NCBI GenBank assembly: GCA_003344405.1
Contig: NOWV01000209.1
Span: 62,001 to 126,000, forward strand
Reading direction: 5' to 3'
Length of the DNA: 64,000 nucleotides
DNA from: Trichoplax sp. H2
Taxonomy: Eukaryota
Below the pieces are notes generated by a model. That model did no database searches. It saw only the letters and a program-made list of their open reading frames with translations, and was not told the DNA's origin. Of this stretch, positions 28,401 through 40,900 are shown one piece after another (position 1 is the stretch's first letter; every line of letters starts with the position of its first letter). The translations under genes and the position numbers were made by a program.

Positions 28401-31400
28401 TTGATCAACAGCTTTCTACAAATATTGGTTTATTAAGCAATGAGAAAATTTAGTAAAGAGTAAAAAGCTAGTTAGTATATAATTTTATGCATACGGTTGC
28501 AGGCTTTGGAGGCAATACAGGCTGTAAGCCAGATGGTGTATCAGCTAGAACATGAAAATGGGAGGTAGATGGTGGTCCCATAGGGCTAGGCTTTAGTTCT
28601 CTGTCGACTTGGTAATTAATTAGTCCCCATTGTTCCAGAAAACCGTGAACACTATGAAATAGATACAAATAACAGAATTAACACATGAAACAATTATTAA
28701 AACTGTCATTACCACTATTAACCGCTGCTACGATCAGCTATTACCGTAAAATAGCGCAAACATCCCCGGCTAAATTCCTTCTGCATGCAGTGCATGTTAA
28801 ATATTCTCCAGGATTAAGACGATATGTATCAACCATAAAATTTCGGTAAGCTGAATAGCTACAAAGTTAGATAAGTTATATTAAAAAGGTTGTTATCGCA
28901 ATTTTATTTAACAGTAGGATTGTAAGAATAGGTAGGGTCTATCATCCATCTTAATTACATTTCAGGCGACTTAGATTTATTTCGGCCAGTAAAAAATTCT
29001 GGTAAGGCTCGTTTCTCAATAGCATGAACGCTAAAATTCAAAAATCATGATTTTAACTTAATCGCTCACAAAAAACGTAACAAGTTGCAAATTATTTTAG
29101 GTCTAGAGTGTCCGTACAGACTTACCTATTATAATCAAACCATGCCGAATAGCTCGGTATTACGATAACGTGTGCTTGTTCAACAGCTTCTATACGAAGG
29201 TCCTCTCCAGGCTGTACCGGTTCTAAAGCTCCATCAAGCCAAATTTCTCCCTGCTGTTTTAAAAATGAAAAATTTTTTAAAGCAAATATTACTGCTAATA
29301 AAAGTATATTGTTATTAATTCGGTAGAACCTTAGATGAAGATCGTACTACTGTGGTGCTTGTAGTAACGTTGGTTGCAGGCTTGGCTTTTATATCTAGAT
29401 ACATATATATAAACCACAAAAAAATCATGAATAATCAAAAAATTTTGACGCTAATGAATCCGTTACTAAAATCATACCTGTACTTTCAATATTAGACGTA
29501 TTCAATGCATTATCAGAACCAACTAAAATATTAGAAAGTAACGTAGTAAATATTAAATTTATCAGTAAAAATTAGTAGTTTCGTTAATTATAACTAGTAA
29601 TTACCGCTGCCAATGTCCGTTAATTGTCCGCTGCGACTGGGGGTAAAATCACTTTCACGCGACGCTACGTGTTAGCATTCAGAAGTAAATTATCATATAG
29701 TTAGTGTACAATAAATCAACCCGTTTAATAATATTATTCGTGTCAATAACGGAATTAAATTGTTATCTAACCTTCTGGCGGAATTGCAACTTCCTTAACC
29801 TAGAATTGCGATAAAAAATTGCAACGTTAACAGAAAAAGACAAATTTTAAAGACTAAATTAAAGACTTACATTAGGAACAGGAGGGGGATTTTCCATGTC
29901 TTTCGTTAAATCTTCTGTAATAACACTATAAAGAAATAAGATTAATTGAGAATTACTTTCTACCGAATATTACAGGCAATATAAATTTATCTTTAATTTT
30001 CTAAATCTGAAGTACTTTGTAACAGATTGCTCTTCTGCTGTTATTTCTTAATCTGATTACCGTTAATCATAACGATAAATCCACTAATATGTATGTTATC
30101 CTTTAGCATCTACTTTCTATGTCGTGCAAACACGCCTTAATACCCTGCCAGGGGTCACAACCGACCTGATTTTCTTTTTTTTCTTGGCATTTTCAGGTGA
30201 AGGCGACTTCTTTCTTTTTCGTACTGTCATAGTTAGACTTGGCGTTTCGGTAACCTTTAGATTTAGTCATAAATTACATATAAATATAATTATTGAGTCA
30301 GCAGTCATGAATATGTTTCATTACGTAACAGGAATGATTTCGCATGCATATAACCTCCATAGGGACATTTCTAGCACCTCGCCGACGTCCTCGTCCTACC
30401 ATTATTAACGAAAAATATTAAATATTGATAAAAATATAATGATACAAACATAAAGTATCGTACCACGTCGCATTTCACTTTTACGTTTAGTATTTGCTTC
30501 TAATTCCTGTTATGAAATTATAGCGAAATCAGTAAATTAGTAACGACACAATGATTACTTTCCATACATGTAACTGAAGCTCGTAACAGAGTAATACAAT
30601 ATATTACAGGAGAATGCTGAATTTCCGATTCTCCATCCTGTATCTCATAATCTTCTTCATTCATCCATTCGTGGAAGATATCCAAATCAGTCAACCATCT
30701 ACTATTTACCTAAATTAATTACATAGTAATCAACATTATCAATAAGGTACTGCAAAAGCTTAATATTTAAGCAGAGAAATCAATGAGTATACCCAGAAAC
30801 TACGCAAAATCATATTCCTAAATTTTCTTTTATTACCTCCCACTGCCCAACATGAAGCGGCTGCGGTTCCGGTTCTTCTTCAATATCGTTTTCAGGGACC
30901 CAAGTATCATAGCTACAATACAACAAATTTTTGCCGCTGAGATTTCTCAAGTTTCCAATTATGTCAGGCATCGCTAAATTTCCTCATTTCTATCCAACTT
31001 ACCTATCAGGAAAGTACCACCAATGGACTAACACTAAATTGTTCCTTTTATGCAAAGGTCTCAACCAATCCTCTACATGATGAGACAAAAATGTTCATTC
31101 AAACAAATCAAGATAGATTCAACTTCGTTACATTTACACCTAACTCTATCTCAAGAAATATACAGCAGTGATAGTAGTAAAATATTTTATTTCTAATATT
31201 AGTAACAGCTTATGGCAGTACGTATCCTGATTAATACAAAAACTATTGATTAATCTATAGAAATTAAATGATGCTTGTTGATATATTTGCTATGTCCACT
31301 GCACTAATTCACTTAGAACTAATGTATTAGCTTACTGTTCATTTACTCAACCGCTGTAAGAATTACGCAAGCTTTTATTCGTCTTGAGTAAGGAAACGTT

Positions 31401-34174
31401 TATAGTTCAATAAAAAGGACATAACATTTTTACTTTTTATACTTTCATTAAAATTATCCAATATATAATGTACATTCGAATCTCTCCTGACTTACGTTTT
31501 AATAATGATTACAAATTATGACTAATATATGACGCAATAAAAATGCAGAATCTATGCTACCTGTCGTTAGAACCAAGTCACTCAACGTTTGATCTACTTG
31601 TAAATAAAGCAAATCTAATTTTAGTCCCTTACCATCAGGAATTGGAGGCGGAGGTGGATAGACCACATGTGTGGCTACGTTTATTTGATCAACAATAGAT
31701 CCCTATGTTAAAAGCATAATAAAGTTATGATGTAAAACATGAAGACATTGCGATATTACCAATATAAGCAACAGCGCCTGTTTCGTTTCAAAATATTTAT
31801 TTCAATCTTTCAATACTTACCTACAAGATTACTACATCATTGCTATTATTTATTGCACAATTAAATTTGATCATACATTCTGGATTACTACTCTATTAAT
31901 AACCTGGTACTTTTTGACAATGGCTATCAATTTTTCCCTTAATTTTTGATCGACAGAATCAACAATGTAAACCAAAGGAAAGGTTAGCAACTTGTTCTGT
32001 AACAAAATTTTCTGTATATTGATAAACATTTCGACATTGCGGTCAACCCGTGAGGGTGATTGGAAATCAAATCGGCGCCTACATGAGATAGGAGAGAGTA
32101 CATACAATAACATTAACATGGATACTATGTTATCGTTGTTGCTTATGTCGATTCGGTTGCATCACGCACAAGAAAACAATATTGAAATTCAATATGAACG
32201 AAAACATGATGACCCTTTGGTAATAGCAAGAGTTTATTTACACAGCTATATATAACATGTAACGTCTATAGAAATCAGGGCATAACTGAATACTGCATCA
32301 TAATAATGGATGCTAGTTTGAAAATCATGAAAGCGATCATAGGCATTGCAGATCTATCTTAATCTTGCCTCATTCACAGAAATGGTTTAAAAACACAGAG
32401 TACTCTATTAAAGCGACAATCACCTTTCCACATCTATGTTAATCTTACTCCATTACCAGAAATTATGATCAAGCTATTGAAGATTTAATTAATTAAGAAG
32501 CGACAATCCTCTTTACAGTCTTATGTTCATCTTACTTCACATCATCAGCAATGATGATCAACATAGAGAGAAGTAAATTGCAAGCGACAACAATTGTATT
32601 TTGTCTTCTACCGTTTACCCGGCAGATACTATTTAAAACACTACTACATCTATACTGCAATGAAATTGTGTATACGCGTATCTATAAGAGCGATTAGGAT
32701 TGTTCATAAATCAAGTTTATCACTGATGCTGCTTGCCAATTATAATTAAAGGATCCATGGTATCGATTACTGCTAACCTATTTATTGAAGATAAATTATA
32801 AAAATGTAGCCATTGCTCATGCTGGTTTAGATTTACTATTCAATATAGTAGAGTGGATTGTTTCAACTGGGTAAAGATGATGATAGCATGAGACTGGATC
32901 AGTGTACACAATACTCTTCTTTCTTTTAGAAATTGCATCCTGTAAATTAATCCAACAGTACTATGATATCCAATGAACATACCATCCTTGTTCAACTTTC
33001 CATTTGTAGGCTGTCGCTAGGATGTGGCATAACGATCCGCCAGGTGTATAATTATAGAATAACTTAATCTAGAAGGGAAATGATATCGCATTCACAAAAT
33101 AGTATTTCTTCATTATTGTCAGTAAAGCAGAGTAGTGGCAACAACTTTGTACAGTACTGGATCAATAGTATAAGTGAAGAGTTATCCTTCCGATATTGAA
33201 CGACGGTAATCTCATAAGCTAATAGAGTTCAATCAATCATTGATGTGGAATTTAGCATGATACTCCCTTACAGGTAATTTAGGCAACGGAGGATTATTGG
33301 ATCCTTTACCAAAAGTATCCTATCCATTGAAGGGTAGAAAAATAAACCGTTAAGCAAGCTTGCTTGCTTCCTTTAGAATCATTGATGACCATCAGTAATA
33401 GATGATCGAGTTGAAACCTAGCATGGCATCACCATCACTAGTGGATACTAATAGTATGACAACACGAGTGAAATTCATGACAATAGGTGATATCGAGAAT
33501 GATTTTGCATTTTCTACTTTGGCTAATCCATGACTGCAATTTTTCTTACCTCTTGGAACTGTAGTAAGTTCATGGTTAACGTAGCCAAGGTTTTATTGGT
33601 GACTGATTCATTCTGCAAGTACTAAAATGTGAATGAATGATGATTAGATATCCATGTGAATAGAGCATGCAAAGAGATGCAAATTGGCCAGCACAACATC
33701 CAGTAGAAAAGTAGCGACAGTCATCCTGTTGTCTTGAAGATGACTCTCTCTCTCTCTCTCTCTCTCTTGACCTATCGACTACATTGTACTTTCTTGTAAG
33801 TTAATCTTTCCTCTTCTATCCTCGCTCTTATTAAACAGCGCTTGTTCTACATCATTCTACAACTGCATAAATAAGCTTTATCATAGCAGAAGGAAAAGAC
33901 TGTCCTCATCCTTCTCCATGAATATTGTATCAAGCCTTTTGTCTCCTCAAGACAGTAGGTACACAGAGTAGTGGACAGTAAAATTCAACCACGTGTAATG
34001 TATAGGAATGGTTGACTGCCAATAGACAAGGTAGAAAATCAATTTAACTATCCATCTCTTTACCTTTTTGTAATTTTTAGCTAGCCATTCTCGTAATACT
34101 TCATATTTAGCCAGAGTATCGCCCCATTCGAAATATTTTGGATCAGGTCCACCGTCTTTCTTTCTTGCCGCCAT
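25433..34174 (-). CDS. SMARCC2: SWI/SNF subunit SMARCC1/SMARCC2 (BAF155/BAF170) homologue, many short exons
   Basis: Exon 1 (34064-34174) [34 protein letters not shown]; chromo-region [27 protein letters not shown]...EKRALPEFF...[10 protein letters not shown]...[31 protein letters not shown]...[32 protein letters not shown]; coiled coil [31 protein letters not shown]; last exon 25433-26821. SMARCC1 versus SMARCC2 cannot be assigned; probably a single pro-orthologue. Confidence 0.95.
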
Positions 34175-34731
34175 TTTTGTAGCGATTTTATCCCTAGTGG
34201 ACAACGGCAACGGAATTGGGTATTACTGCGCTGACTGCGCAGGCGTATAAAGACACCAGAATGGCTGTTTGGCGTGGATAAGATACCGTCAATCTTGCTA
34301 GGAGAATCGCATAGTGTATCCTTATCCGTGAGATCGTGTTTGGGTAATGTACGTAACGATAGCACAGTACAGTACGGTACGCTACTAGCCACTGTAACGT
34401 TGTTCAGTACTGTACACTGTACACTGTACACTGTACACTGTAGAGCAAGGTAGTCAATACTGCATATTGGGCTCTATCGTTATCACCAAACAAGAGGAAG
34501 AATAACAGAGTTTGGTATGGAATGCATTATAGAAGCGCGGATACAAAGAGAGCGTGAGGACACAGTGCAAAGCACTGGGCTACAGTGTACAGTACAGTAC
34601 TGTATATACTCTAAAAAAAGAAACGGGCCGGACCGGACCGGACTGACCGTATCAGCAGCGGCTACTCAAATTGAAACCCTGGATACAATTTTTCGCCATC
34701 AGGCTTGATAGCGATTCAAGCTGCTCAAAAG

Positions 34732-34751
34732 NNNNNNNNNNNNNNNNNNNN
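34732..34751. other. Assembly gap (20 N)
   Basis: Run of n characters. Confidence 1.
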
Positions 34752-35087
34752 GTTGTCTTGAAGATGACTCTCTCTCTCTCTCTCTCTCTCTTGACCTATC
34801 GACTACATTGTACTTTCTTGTAAGTTAATCTTTCCTCTTCTATCCTCGCTCTTATTAAACAGCACTTGTTCTACATCATTCTACAACTGCATAAATAAGC
34901 TTTATCATAGCAGAAGGAAAAGACTGTCCTCATCCTTCTCCATGAATATTGTATCAAGCCTTTTGTCTCCTCAAGACAGTAGGTACACAGAGTAGTGGAC
35001 AGTAAAATTCAACCACGTGTAATGTATAGGAATGGTTGACTGCCAATAGACAAGGTAGAAAATCAATTTAACTATCCATCTCTTTAC

Positions 35088-35198
35088 CTTTTTGTAATTT
35101 TTAGCTAGCCATTCTCGTAATACTTCATATTTAGCCAGAGTATCGCCCCATTCGAAATATTTTGGATCAGGTCCACCGTCTTTCTTTCTTGCCGCCAT
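35088..35198 (-). other. Second copy of SMARCC exon 1 (likely alternative haplotype)
   Basis: Same [37 protein letters not shown] exon and donor as 34064-34174. Confidence 0.85.
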
Positions 35199-35710
35199 TT
35201 TTGTAGCGATTTTATCCCTAGTGGACAACGGCAACGGAATTGGGTATTACTGCGCTGACTGCGCAGGCGTATAAAGACACCAGAATGGCTGTTTGGCGTG
35301 GATAAGATACCGTCAATCTTGCTAGGAGAATCGTATAGTGTATCCTTATCCGTGAGATCGTGTTTGGGTAATGTACGTAACGATAGCACAGTACAGTACG
35401 GTACGCTACTAGCCACTGTAACGTTGTTCAGTACTGTACACTGTACACTGTACACTGAGTACAGTACACTACTGTACTGTACACTGTAGCCCAGTGCTTT
35501 GCACTGTGTCCTCACGCTCTCTTTGTGTCCGCGCTTCTCAAATGCATTCCATACCAAACTCTGTTATTCTTTTTCTTGTTTGGCGATAACGATAGAGCCC
35601 AATATGCAGTATTGACTACCTTGCTCTACTACAGTATATACTCTAAAAAAAGAAACGGGCCGGACCGGACCGGACTGACCGTATCAGCAGCGGCTACTCA
35701 AATTGAAACC

Positions 35711-36785
35711 CTGGATACAATTTTTCGCCATCAGGCTTGATAGCGATTCAAGCTGCTCAAAAGTCTTGGCATCAAAATGCGACAAATTTCTACAGAAACA
35801 ACGACACTGATTATGAATTCATCTACACAATCTTATACCCTAGATACAATTTTTCGCCATCCAGGCTTGATAGCGATTCAATCTGCTCAAAAGTCTTGGC
35901 ACCAAAATGCGACAAATTTCTACAGAAAGAACGACACTTATTATAAATTCATCTACATAATCTTATATAAATAAACCTTGGATACAATTTTTCGCCATCC
36001 AGGCTTGACAGCGATTCAAGCTGCTCAAAAGTCTTGGCACCAAAGTGCCACAAATTTCTACAGAAATAACGACACTTATTATAAATTCATCTACACAATC
36101 TTATACCCTGAAATCCTGGATACAATTTTTCGCCATTAGGCTTGATAGCGATGCTAGCTGCTCAAAAGTCTTGGCACCAAAATACGACAAATTTCTACAG
36201 AAACAACGACACTGATTATGAATTCATCTACACAATCTTATACCCTAGATACAATTTTTCGCCATCCAGGCTTGATAGCGATTCAAGCTGCTCAAAAGTC
36301 TTGGCACCAAAGTGCGACAAATTTCTACAGAAACAACGACACTTATTATAAATTCATCTACACAATCTTATACCCTGAAATCCTGGATACAATTTTTCGC
36401 CATCAGGCTTGATAGCGATTCTAGCTGCTCAAAAGTCTTGGCACCAAAGTGCGACAAATTTCTACAGAAATAACGACACTTATTATGAATCCATCTATAT
36501 GACATAAATAATCTTATACCTTGGATACAATTTTTCGGTATCAGGCTTGATAGCGATTTAAGCTGCTCAAAAGTCTTGGCACCAAAGTGCCATAAATTTC
36601 TAGGGAAACAACGACACTTATTATGAATTCATCTACACAATCTTATACCCTGGAATCCTGGATACAATTTTTCGCCATCAGGCTTGATAGCGATTCAAGC
36701 TGCTCAAAAGCCTTGACACCAAAGTGCGAAAAATTTCTACAGAAACGGCGACACTCATTATGAATCCATCGACACAATCTTATAC
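35711..36785. repeat. Minisatellite, ~130-138-bp unit, 8 copies
   Basis: gatacaatttttcgccatc(c)aggcttgatagcgattcaagctgctcaaaagtcttggcaccaaa starts near 35712, 35842, 35980, 36118, 36248, 36386, 36523 and 36660. Confidence 0.97.
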
Positions 36786-37903
36786 AACATCCATTAAGCG
36801 GTGTAATACCATACTAAATACCGTCAATTCAGTAATATGGACATTTTCTTGCCTCATTTTATCCGGACTGGTAGCACCATTGATAGGCAATGGACACCAG
36901 TAACAAGGATAAATGATGAAAATTTCCATTTTCACGAATTACCATTCCATAGTCGTCGATTCAATGACCCCCATTACGTGCTGTACAGCACACTATAAAC
37001 GTACCACTATCGTGCATCAAGGAATAGGATTCATTTACAGCATACTGCATATTGTACAATAGTCGTCCAGTTGATTTCTGTTTCCATACTGTACAGTATT
37101 TATAGTCTAGTAGAATGAGAGAGTTTACAATAATTAAAGTCTACCCCCATATTGCAAATCGTTCATAAAGACGATATCACCATCTCTACTTACCTGATAC
37201 AGAAAGGATGGATATAGTACTGCTGTATTAGAAGCCCTAGCAATAAAATGTAGCATAGAGTATGTACAGCAGAGAGAGGAATACCCCTTTCTTAGTATAT
37301 AGTCTGAATGAAAAACTGAAACAGACTATTTCCCAACTATTCACAGTGTTTGATAAAATAAACAGCTACAGTATAGCTTGATGGTATAAGGATACTGACG
37401 CTAGCTATGATAGTCTTCTGCTCCCATCTCATCATTCTACGTCATGACCAAATCTACACAAAGGAAGCCATTCTATAGTCTACGAGATAGACCAAGACAA
37501 TAAAGCTATTTGGCATTTTATTATATATTATATCATAACTCAATATAAATTAGATCCAACAAATTATACACATGCAAGATTGCTTTGGTACTTAATTGAT
37601 AAAAACACAATATTTAAAACTTAATGATACGTCATAAATTGATACATGAGTATCAAAAAGTTATTTAACAAAAATACTACACAAGTTGGATTGACGGTCG
37701 TAATAATCATTATTAAAATGATATTTTGCCTTACGAAGAAGAAATAAAATAGCATCATCCAATAAGATGAATGATTGATGGACATGGACTAATCCCATTA
37801 CAATCTATAGGCATATTTCAGCATGACAGCATAAGAGGAAAATTAATTTACGCTCACATAAATAACATATTGCTATATTAGGGATTTCCACTGATAACAT
37901 CCA

Positions 37904-40900
37904 TTACAAATAGCTCTTGACCCAATCCACAATGGCCTATTTTTCCACAAAAAAATATGTATGTAAATTGAATATCAATTTTCAGTTTGAATAATATCTT
38001 TGTCACATTAATGAAATTATGGAACCTTTATTCCTTCTGCTTGATGGCTGCAAAACTGTTCTACAAATTCACGAGTGAGTGGCTTATCAGGTCCAATATT
38101 GATACTTTCATTTAGAGCTAATGTACCTATCAATAGATTATCAGCCAGATATTGTTTTATTTTATTGTTGGTAATTACTGAGCATTTTAAACGCTATCAA
38201 TTTAAGTAGATAGCAAAATGGATACCTACCGTCAAAGTCTATGTAACACAAACGGACAGTGAGCTCTTTCAAGGGGCGAAGAAACGCTGGTCCGCCAGCC
38301 ATAACCTAATAAGAGAAAGGTGAGGTCTCTATCATTACCATGCATTGCATAGGAATCGATCGAAAAGATATGACAATGAAATCTTAGTTGTTCGCCTTCT
38401 GCTACTGTAAAACGTAGCACTAAATTATAATTTGCTACGTATGACATAATATTTTTACATCAAATCACAAGAGAAGTAATATTGCGCAATAATCTGCTGA
38501 CATAACGCTAAATTTTGTCAACTGGATATTACAATAAATAGCCTACAATGCGTACTTTATGTACTTTATATATCGTCAATAACAATAATTTAGAGTTGTC
38601 GATATCACTTACCACAACGGAACGCTTTTGAAACAAGTCCTCACACATTTCTTGGCAAGTCGTGATATTATTTTTCTCCAAGCCTGGTCTGATTACCTAA
38701 ATGCGTATATTATACAGCACTAAATGTTATACACACCTTACATCAATAAAATGCTTGTGTAGATGTTATTTAAATAGATAAACGTAACGAGAACGCATAA
38801 ATCTTGCTATGTATGCTTCATTATATAGTTGATTCAACTACTCTGCGATCCTTAGGCTTCAAGTCAAAGAACACCACCACTCACCTCAAAATCAGGTAGC
38901 ATATAAAATCCACCAGTTGATTGTATACACTTTACGCCAACACTTGTTAGCTGCCTAAATGAACAATTTGGAATATCACGTTACTGAATAACCATATAGC
39001 AAAACAGATATTTAAAAATATAGCATGCTTAATTATGGGTAAGCACAAACAATGAGACTACTTATGCTATGTTATACATCAAGCATGACTGAATTTATCT
39101 AGCCGCAAGCGTTACTGCAACTCCCGATAGGTAGTACAATGCATGTATAACAAATATAACGTTTAAACAAATTCGTAGTATTAGTCTATGATAATTATTA
39201 ACGTATCATCCAAAGATATAACTTGTCAGCCAATATCATTACTCGATAATCGTCAGTCTTCCTGCGTAAACACTGTTTTTTAGGTCGACGATAGATCACT
39301 TAAAGATATCATTTATAACCAAGAGTTACTTACTCATAGCAGTACTTAGAAACCGCTTCCAAAATACGCTTAATATGATATATATATGTATCACAAGCTT
39401 CAAAATTTTGTAAAACCTGTAGACATTAAAGATATAATTATTAACTTTTTGCCACAATTATTATTATCAGGTTATTACAAATAATTTACTATAGAGAAAG
39501 TTCTATAGTAGCGCATAGAAAAGAACTCTAATTTCGTTAATCATTTTAATTACATCTGCTACGGCATATTGAATAGGGGCAGAGGTGCATGAGTATGTGT
39601 GACTGCCAGCGCTTCTGACAGCACTTTGCACTTCAGCTAATTCTTTCGGATATATTGCGTAACCAACCTAGATACATGTTAGTCCAGTTACCGTAATTTG
39701 TTACTGTAATAATATGACAAGAAAATCTAACTACGACTTACCCGCCAACCTCCAAGGGAAGCCCATTTTGATAAGCCTGACATTAAGATCGTGCCTTCTT
39801 TGTAAAACTAGAAAATAAGATCAATATCAAAACGCTAACTGAGCTAGGAATCAAAGTACTATCCCAGACAATTGATATTATATTAAATACCATAATACTA
39901 TCTATCTCCATAGGTCAAGAAACATATCTCCTACTCCAAGTTACCTTAGCAATGGAAAGGTGAGCATTTTTATAATTTGTCCTTCCGTAAATTTCATCTG
40001 AAAGGACGATAACCGAATGCTTTCGCAGGACTTTACTGTTAAGATTTAACGATTAATCAACGATTTTACGAGTAGCAATTATAATGATGTTGATATGTGC
40101 TACACGATATTCACAAGTATTCAAATATTATAGCTAAGATCGATAAATGAGCAACAATATAGCAGTAGTGCCGTATTTGCAAGAATACTACTGTGCAGCA
40201 GTTAATCATCTCTAATACTGATTATAAAATATTTTCTGACCTGAGCTCTGTTAGTTGCTGCTCTGTATAAGACGTTCCGGCTGTGTGTATGTAAGAATAC
40301 GTTTAGTCAATACAGTAAATTTAGCATGCTGCAGTATATTCATTTCAATATTTACATAATGACTACAGTACTGTAATTATTAGAAGTACAATAAATTTCT
40401 TAATTACTGTTTTAATTTGCTATGTTGCATACTGGGATTATCTGGATTGCAGAAAATTAGTACTTTATTGGCGTTGGTGCATTGTTCGCTGATGGCCTAG
40501 ACGATCAAGATATATTTATAAAGATTATGAAACAATTGTTCTGATTTTATTCCTTTTCAATAGTTTATCGCGGATTAAGATGTTACTAAATTAACCTATA
40601 GTTATCCTTGTTCTTGCTCAAGGGATAGTTTATAATTGTACGTCATTAAAATATTTTACTTATTATCATGGTAATATTGATTACCTTGTCTAAAATTTCT
40701 GGGGTTAAGCGCCATTCATCTTCAAAGCGAGAGCTTAAGATAATCGATTTCCTTCCCGCTAGTTTACTTTGTGGTAAATAGGTTGTCCAAGTTGGAGATG
40801 GAACTATGATATCTATGGAAAATGAATTATGATATTAGCAAAGGAAATGGATGTATTCAAGTTAACGAGTATAGAACGACATCATCGTCGCCTTCTCTCT

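Larger units (their letters stand above)
33728..35762. repeat. ~1-kb duplicated segment (33728-34731 and 34752-35762) flanking an assembly gap
   Basis: Offset 1024 bp; identical ORFs 33947-34210 and 34971-35234; includes a (TC)n tract and SMARCC exon 1. Confidence 0.95.

Noticed and set aside
35711..36785. Regular array resembling CRISPR, with ORFs 35737-36412
   Set aside because: Whole units repeat with no unique spacers, there are no cas genes, and the context is eukaryotic; the ORFs are by-products of the repeat.
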